Part shown: piece after piece, positions 55,902-64,000 of the stretch | Position numbering within the stretch: position 1 is the stretch's first letter | Layout: every line of letters begins with the position of its first letter | Source: Octopus vulgaris | Taxonomy: Eukaryota | Length of the DNA stretch: 64,000 nt | Direction: 5' to 3' | Assembly (NCBI GenBank): GCA_951406725.2 | Contig: OX597828.1 | Location: 33,108,001 to 33,172,000 of the forward strand | Notes under the pieces: model-generated | What the model was told of the DNA's origin: nothing | What the model saw: the letters and a program-made list of their open reading frames with translations, nothing else | The model's database searches: none | Program-made: the position numbers and the translations under genes

Positions 55902-56148
55902 TAAAAAATGGAGTTAACGCAGGTTTAAACAAGTATTTTTACATTCTACACATGTTTCGAAAATTCCACTGATACTATTCAAAAGAATAAATGGTATAAA
56001 CAATGCAATCTTATTCAACGTAAACACGAAGTTTCAACCTTTATAAACAAGGAGTTACAACATCTTTACTTGTGAGATTTTTGCTGCCCTGGTAACTATT
56101 TATTTATTTTTCCGTGTTAATTGTTAACAAGGTAAAAATACACTCATG

Positions 56149-56203
<55 letters not shown>

Positions 56204-56246
56204 GAGAGACCAAAGTGTACGTACACCGCTAGTTATATATATATAC

Positions 56247-56636
56247 GATACAAAATGGGACAAGAACGCAATACATCCAGACAGTTAGGTGAAAGCAAAA
56301 AGGGAAAACAAAACTAGACAGACGATACAAAGCAAATAATGACTGGCCATTTGGAGTTTTCTTTCCTCAGTCGAGTTTCAGATTATCTTTGCAAATTCAG
56401 CTGGTTATACTCGAGATTGCTCTTAGCTTAGTTTTTCTTTGGGGCTGGCCAAATTGGTTCAATCTCGAGTATAAAGACCCGAAATTGCAAAGATAATCTG
56501 CAACTCTACCGAGTAAAAAAAACTCCAAATGGCCCGTCCGTGTTTTCTTTGTATCGTCTATCTAGAGGTTTTGATGTCCCTTTTTTTGTATCACCCAACT
56601 GTCTGGCAGTTTTGGCGTTCTTGTCCATCTTATATC
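56247..56636. repeat. Foldback element with ~170-bp imperfect inverted arms
   Basis: ggacaagaacgc..gacgatacaaag..ggccatttggagtt..cagattatctttgcaa..tatactcgagattg pairs with caatctcgagtata..ttgcaaagataatctg..aactccaaatggcc..ctttgtatcgtc..gcgttcttgtcc. Confidence 0.88.
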
Positions 56637-57229
56637 ACATATATATATATATGTATGCATACATATATATATATGCATACATACATATATACATACATAC
56701 ATACATACATGCATAAATATATACACAAGCACACATGCATACATGCATACATACATGCACACACATACATACATATATACATCCATACACACATACATAT
56801 ACACACGCATACATACGCGCGTACACTTATATACCTACAAACACACATACGTACATACATACATACACACGTACACACACGTACATGCATTACTTACATA
56901 TATGCATATACAGATGTATATATATATATATCTGCATACATCTTTTTATCTTTCAATCTCCATCAATGTCTTTCACCTTATTTCACTTCTGACTATTAAA
57001 ATTCAATGCGTGTGATTGCGCTCTTTTCTTTTCAACATCACAGCTGGATTTCATTGATACACTCTCCATGCAAAGTTACTTCACAATCGCTTCATACACA
57101 TGCAGCAATAAAACTGCAGTTTTATGCAACAATCATCAATTATATCAACTTCCAAAGCAATCTCCGCTGCTCCGTTATACGTTACTCACGTGGCAGAAGT
57201 CTCTTGGTTTCACTCTCTCCCACACGGTT

Positions 57230-57294
<65 letters not shown>

Positions 57295-57454
57295 AGTGAG
57301 AGAGAGAGAGACAGACGGATAGAGAGAGAGAGAGACAAAGACAGAAGACAGAGATAGAGAGACAAACAGACAAGCAAAGTGAGAGAGATACATACACACA
57401 CACATGCATGCATACATATATATATAATTTTATATATATATATATATATATAGA

Positions 57455-57850
57455 CACAGGAGTGGCTGTGTGTTAAACAGCTTGGTTACCAACCGCATCG
57501 TTCGGGGTTCAGTCCCAGTGCGTGGCACTTTGGGCAAGTGTCTTCTGCTATAGCCTCAGGCCAACCAAAGCCTTGTGAGTGGATTTAGTAGATGGAAACT
57601 GGAAGAAACCCATCGTATGTGTGTTTGTGTATGTGAGTGTGTGTGTGTGTTTATGTGTTTGTGTTTCTCCTCCCACCATCGATTGACAACTGACGTTGGT
57701 GTGTTTACGTCCCCGTAACTTAGTGGTTGGGGAAATGTTACCGATAGAATATGTACTAGGCTTCCAAAGAATAAGTCATGGGATCGATTTGTTCGACTAA
57801 AGTTGGTGCTCCAGCATGGCCGCACTCAAATGACAGAAACAAATAAAAGA
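57455..57850 (+). mobile_element. SINE family A, full length
   Basis: Matches 34726-35133. Confidence 0.88.
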
Positions 57851-57884
57851 AATTAAAGAAAAAAAATATATATATATATACGTA

Positions 57885-58047
57885 GGCATATATACATATG
57901 TGTGGTAAGTAGCTTGCTTACGAGCCACATGGATCCGGGTTCAGCCCCACTGCGTGCCACCTTGGGCTTAGTGTCTTCCACTATAGCCTCGAGCTGACCA
58001 AAGCCTTGTGAATGGATCTGGTAGACAGACATTGAAAGAAGCCCGTC

Positions 58048-58099
<52 letters not shown>

Positions 58100-60596
58100 T
58101 ATACAAGGCTTCCCTGATATAGTCCCACCTACTTTCAGCAGAGGAGGTTGGGCAGCTACTGAGGGCAACCTTGATAGAAGCAGCAAAACATTTTCGCAGT
58201 GTAGGGTCCGAGGTTCTGGCGGTGTTGATGCGTGGTCGGCCCACTTTCTTGGAGCGATGGACTTTTTTAGGGAGAAGCCTTGTATACGACATCATTGGAT
58301 ACTTTCGGCATGAGAGAAAGGCAAAACCCAGATTGGTTCAATGCTGGGCTCTCAGAGCTGGAGCCAGTTATCGAAGCAAAGCGTGCAGCTCTGGTGCAAT
58401 ACAAGAGTGACTCTTCTACAAAGTCACTCGAAGAACTCAGAAAGGCACGAAATAAAACCCAACTGACAGCCAGACGCTGTGCAAATAGGTATTGGCAGGA
58501 AATCTGTCAGAGTATCCAGTCAGCTGCTGACAGGGGCGACACCCGTGGGATGTATGCCGGTTTGAAGAAGGCCCTCGGTCCATCCGCAACCAAGTCAGCC
58601 CCTCTGAAATCAACTACTGGAGATCTCATCAGGGATCAAGGCAAGCAAATGGATAGATGGGTGGAGCACTACCAGGATCTCTACTCACGGGAGACCACAG
58701 TGGCTGAGGCTGCAGTCGAGAGTGTCAAGATCTTGCCAGTCATGTACGAACTTGACAGTCCGCCATCTATAGCAGAGCTCACCAAGGCTGTTGACTCCCT
58801 AGCAAGAAATAAGGCTCCGGGAAAAGACGGCATCCCCTCAGAGATCATCAAAGCCGGCAAAAACACCATCCTGCTTCGGCACCTTCATGAGCTTCTGTGT
58901 CAGTGCTGGGAAGAGGGTACAGTCCCTCAGGATATGCGGGATGCCAACATCATTACGCTCTACAAAAACAAAGGTGACCGTGGTGATTGTAACAATTACC
59001 GTGGTATATCCCTTCTAAGCACTGTTGGAAAGACCTTTGCCCGCGTTATCCTGGCCAGGCTACAACTACTTGCTTCTCGAATCTATCCGGAATCGCAATG
59101 TGGCTTTAGATGAAGCAGATCAACTATCGATATGATATTCTCCATACGCCAACTTCAGGAGAAGTCCAGAGAGCAGAAAATGCCATTATATATGGCCTTC
59201 ATTGATCTAACAAAGGCTTTTGACTCGGTAAGCAGAACAGGCCTCTTCCTCCTGCTCCAAAAAATCGGATGTCCACCAAAGCTGCTGAGGATCATCAAGT
59301 CTTTCCATGATGACATGCAAGGCACCATACAGAACAACGGTTCAACATCAGCCGCCTTCCAAATAAAAAACGGGGTAAAGCAAGGCTGTGTCCTCGCTCC
59401 TACATTGTTTGGCATCTTCTTCTCACTCTTACTGTCACATGCCTTTCAGACATCAGATGATGGAGTGTTTCTGCACAGTAGAAGTGACGGGAAACTGTTC
59501 AATCTCTCGCGCCTGCGTGCCAAGACCAAAATCAGAAACGTCCTGATCAAGGAGATGTTATTTGCTGATGATGCCGCTCTGGTAACACACACAGAAGAAG
59601 CCCTCCAAAGGCTCATTAACTGTTTTGAGCAAGCATGTAACGACTTTGGCTTAGCTATCAGCCTTAAGAAGACCAACATCATGGGCCAGGCTACATCGGA
59701 CATCCCAAACATACATATTGGAGACCACAGATTACGAGAGGTGGAGAAGTTTACCTATCTGGGCTCTACCGTCACCTACAACCTATCCCTTGACGCTGAG
59801 CTCAATATACGCATTGGCAAGGCAGCTGCTGCGATGGCCCAACTCTCCAAACGGGCTTGGGACAACAATAAGCTGACCAAGACCACAAAAATGAAGATCT
59901 ACCAGGCATGTGTACTCAGCACTCTACTGTATGGAAGCGAGACCTGGACGCTATACACACGCCAAGAGCGTCGCCTAAACATCTTTCACCTGCGCTGCCT
60001 CCGAAAAATCCTCCACATCAAATGGCAGAATCATATCCCCAACAAAGATGTCCTCAGGCAAGCAGGAATACCAAGCATGTTTGCACTCCTCACACAAAGA
60101 CGTATGAGATGGCTTGGGCATGTTAGCCGTATGAAAGATGGCAGAATCCCCAAGGACATACTCTACGGAGAGCTTGCTAGGGGTACTAGGTCTGTGGGTA
60201 GACCGATCTTACGTTACAAGGATGTTTGCAAAAGGGATATGAAGGCCTGCAACATCAACATTAGCGGTTGGGAGGCAGTCGCCGGCAACCGTGGAGAATG
60301 GCGACGTACAGTAGAAGAGGGTATACAGAGGAGTGACGGAAAGAGAGAGGAGAAATGGAAAGAAAGGAAGAGACATAAACAAGAGACCATGGCACTACAA
60401 CCAGCCAGGAACAGTCTTCGCTACATTTGCAGTACCTGCCAGAGGGAGTGTTTTTCCAGGATAGGACTACACAGCCACAGCAAAAAATGTAACAGGAAAT
60501 AAAATATTACAGCCGGACTAGACCTAGCAAAAAAAAAAAAAAAAATGCGCAACTCCATTGTCTCCCGAGACAGAAAGGATGACAATACAATACAAT

Positions 60597-60653
<57 letters not shown>

Positions 60654-60795
60654 ACCGAGGCGGTTCGGCAAAAAAAGGCGATAGAATAAGTGTTAGGTAT
60701 ACAAAGAATAAGTCCTGGGGGCGATTTGCTCGACTAAAAGGTGGTGCTCCAGCATGGCCACAGTCAAATGACTGAAACAAGTAAAAGAGTATAAG
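57885..60795 (+). mobile_element. SINE family A split by the RTE insertion (head 57885-58050, tail ~60655-60795)
   Basis: Head ends gaagcccgtcg(TA)n; the tail gcggttcggc..gactgaaacaagtaaaaga resumes after the RTE and (TA)n. Confidence 0.75.
58100..60600 (+). mobile_element. Young 5'-truncated RTE-clade LINE with 5' inversion; RT ORF broken by a single stop
   Basis: ORFs 58280-59113 and 59132-60502 are in frame, separated only by TGA at 59111-59113 (GFR*SRSTIDM). RT motifs KAPGKDGI, NYRGISLL, AFIDLTKAFDSV, GVKQGCVLAPTLF and LFADD are present, with C-terminal C2H2-like CSTCQRECFSRIGLHSH and an (ACAAT)n tail at 60582-60600. Confidence 0.95.
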
Positions 60796-60959
60796 AGAGA
60801 GCGAGAGTATATCTGTAAACGTCTGCGTCTGAATGTGCGAGAATGTATGGGTGCGTGTGTGCGTTTGGGAGGGGGTACGTGCCCGCGATGAGTGCGTGTG
60901 TGTGTGTGTGTGTGTATATGTGTGTGTGAGCGTATATATAGTTTTTCATTTTTTCTTCG

Positions 60960-61157
60960 ACTTCTTTCAGTAATTTGAATGTGGCCATGCTGTAGCACCA
61001 CCTTTAGTCGAACAAATCGAACCGCATGACTTATTCATTGTAAGCCTTGTACTTATTCTAACTGTCTCTTTTTTCCGAACCGCTATGTTACAGGGACGTA
61101 AACACACCAACACCGGTTGTCAAGAGATGAGGGGACAAACGCAGACACAGATAACTA

Positions 61158-61212
<55 letters not shown>

Positions 61213-61340
61213 TATATATGACGGGCTTCTTTCAGTTTCCGTCTACCAAGACCACTCACACTCCCCGTGACTATAGTAGATGATACTTGCCCAATGTGCA
61301 ACGCAGTGGGACTGAACCCGGTGCCATGTGGTTGGGAAGC
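60960..61340 (-). mobile_element. SINE family A
   Basis: Reverse complement copy with internal (TA)n. Confidence 0.85.
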
Positions 61341-61394
61341 ACAAAGTCACTCCATGCGCCTTTAGATATAGTTTGTACATGTTATGCGTACATG

Positions 61395-61640
61395 GACCGC
61401 AGACAGACCGTACTTTACACAATATGCGTGCAGTTCCAAGTAATGCCGACTTTTGTAATACACCTAGGTTGTAGAGTATTTCTAAAGTTTCCAGATGTCT
61501 CTTCACGTTGAGTGATATTGAACCCAATGCTCCGATCACAATAGGGACACGTTTTGCTAATTTCTATTTCGAGATCTTCAGTTTTTGATAGGCCTTCACA
61601 GATACGTTTATATCGATTGGGACAGGCTACGCCTCCCCGT
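61395..61640 (-). mobile_element. R4/Dong-like REL 3' fragment
   Basis: PVPIDINVSVKAYQKL..DLEIEISK..PIVIGALGSI...LQKSALLGTARILCKV. Confidence 0.78.
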
Positions 61641-61733
61641 TCCAGAGGTGTGTGCGGTATTGCGTTGTTTTTTTTTTTTTTTTGCTTTTGTTGCTGGGGA
61701 AATGCAATGTTTTTTTTCCGGTATTGTATTGCG

Positions 61734-61961
61734 GCGAGCTGGCAGAAACGTTAGCACGCCGGGCGAAATGCGTAGCCGTATTTCGTCTGTCGTTAACGTT
61801 CTGAGTTCAAATTCCGCCGAGGTCGACTTTGCCTTTCATCCTTTCGGGGTCGATAAATTAAGTACCAGTTACGTACTGGGGTCGATGTAATCGACCTAAT
61901 ACCTATGTTTGTCCTTGTTTGTCCCCTCTGTCTTTAGCCCCTTGTGGGTAATAAAGAAATA
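61734..61961 (+). mobile_element. SINE family B with target-site duplication
   Basis: Well-conserved copy; ggtattgtattgcg repeated at 61720-61733 and 61962-61975. Confidence 0.88.
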
Positions 61962-62247
61962 GGTATTGTATTGCGCTCGCTTGTCCAGTTATTTCGGATT
62001 TAGATACAGTCTTTTTGCGTATCGTTTTTTGTATTTTGTGTTTGTGTGCGCAATGCTAGTTGTGTTCTTCTGTTGGGTATCAGATCTGTAGAGTACATGT
62101 TGTGAGGGCTGTTTATTTTATTGGATATTTACTGTATAATGTGTGCCTTCTGTTAGTGGATGTGTTATTTGGGTTGTACTATTGAAATACGTAGGATAAT
62201 AATAAAGATAATAATAATAATAATATTAATAATAATATTATTATTAA

Positions 62248-62289
<42 letters not shown>

Positions 62290-63835
62290 CATTATTATTA
62301 TTTTTGTTGTTGTTGCTGTTGATATTAGCCTTCTTCTTCTACTTCATCTTCCTCATCGTCATATTTTAGACTCGCAGTTGTTGGTTTTATTGATTCTAAA
62401 CACGTTGCAGCTATTCTTAGTATTAATCTCTTACTGTTGCTATCAATGATTCGGTGGATGTTGCTCTTGCTTAGCTGCAAGTCAGTTATGATTGTTTAGC
62501 CTGACTTTAAAGCAAGAAAATGTCAGAACATTAGATCACAAAGTTCTAGATACACTTAGCCTTAAAAAAATACTCGATGGTATGAGCTTAGACGTATGCA
62601 ATGCCAAAACTGATCCGGTAGCCGGCACTTAACTTATTAGACAAAACACCAAAATTTCTCCAAACATGTTATCCTACCATCTTAAATATAAATATACACA
62701 TAGGACAGTGGATTCCTACATACATTAAGACCTTAAAACACAATTTGATAGTATCAGTTTCAGCTGAAATCGATCAGTTCGCGAGCTTTGGACTTATTAG
62801 GCATGGTAGCAAAATGGCTGGAAGACGTTATCCTAACGCTTTAAAGTTATACAGACATATTGAATTTTATGACAGTCTAGATTTACAGTGTCTAAAAAAC
62901 TGGTTTAATCGACTGGCGCGCTCTTGAGTACAGATATGCTCCGTCAGATTATACCTGTTGCAAAACCTCACCAGCAACCAACAACACTCGATTAATTCCA
63001 AGCTGAATCCTGTAATCCTTAATAACCTCACTATAAAAAGCATGCAAAACCCATAGAATCTTCGGAACGTAAACATTCACTTTAGGAGACAGTGAAAGAG
63101 CCTGTATGTGGTTGATTCTCTTGCAAGAAATAGCGGTAAAATATTACTGAGATACCATCCTTTCGTGCAAAAATGATTTAATACAAGAGAGATCAAAAAG
63201 AAATATTTCCGCACTTGTACCGACTCGCACCATTTTCTGACTTCGTTTTTATTGGTTTTGGAATTCTTGTCATTATTATTTTTTTGTAGCCTTTGCTCAA
63301 CTATGATCGATTTGTCTAATCATCGAATTCCTTCAAGCCATAACAGCTCTTTTTTCTTTTTTTATGTATTTAACAGTCAGGTGAATTCTGAGGGAAATAC
63401 GGCTGCCATTTTTAGGAGTTCGAGAGACGATGCTAAGATGTTCTTCCTTTTTTTCGTTTTCACTTCACAAATGATGTCCATGACTGTCTACTATTACACA
63501 CTGCAAGCGTGTGTCTCTCACCCCGCCCAACCCATTCATTTATGGACATCGAACACATTTACCAAGACAACCGCTTCGCAGAACTGTTAATTTGTCTGAA
63601 AAATGCTTTGGGGTAAATGTACGGATTCTACATACTTAGTTCAAATTTCACCAATACACGCATCCGTGCGTGCATGTATGTGTATGTGTTTGTATGTGTG
63701 TGCGCGTGTTTACGTATGTGTGTATATGTGCGTGTAAGTGTGTGCGCGCGTGCGTTCGTGTGTGTTCGTGTATGAGCTTGTGTACACCCTATATGAATAT
63801 ATATTCAATTCATACACACACACATACACACACAT

Positions 63836-63866
<31 letters not shown>

Positions 63867-64000
63867 ATATACAGTATATAACACTGATTTGATATATATA
63901 TATATATATGTGTGTGTGTGCCTATTTATGTATAAATGTATATATTAAATTATTTAATTGTTCAATTTATTATTTTGGTTTCCATTTGTAATTTATATAT

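Noticed and set aside
59105-59135. Programmed readthrough of the RTE TGA
   Set aside because: It falls in the conserved GFR..RST motif; a single point mutation is the simpler explanation

Overview
AT-rich eukaryotic non-genic DNA, very probably from an octopus (Octopus-type tRNA-SINE families, dense (TA)n/(TAT)n/(CATA)n microsatellites, Dong/R4, RTE and mariner relics); the species cannot be fixed from sequence alone. I could not support any intact host protein-coding gene, and most ORFs in the track are microsatellite artefacts. The window is a transposon graveyard. It holds a decayed autonomous Helitron (1-1.8 kb), four R4/Dong-type REL retrotransposon fragments (three of them at (TAA)n arrays), three mariner relics, a maT/DD37D relic, a hAT MITE with an 8-bp TSD, a non-autonomous Helitron nested in a mariner, a decayed CR1-like LINE and many SINEs. 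A young RTE LINE lies at 58.1-60.6 kb. The most notable structures are (i) a twin-priming-type 5' inversion of that RTE, (ii) a ~550-bp non-coding element found twice inside (TAA)n next to Dong fragments, (iii) a Penelope/retrozyme-like partial tandem with a degenerate hammerhead ribozyme, and (iv) a cluster of long foldback hairpins at 51.6-56.6 kb. All family assignments come from by-eye motif recognition, not database searches.
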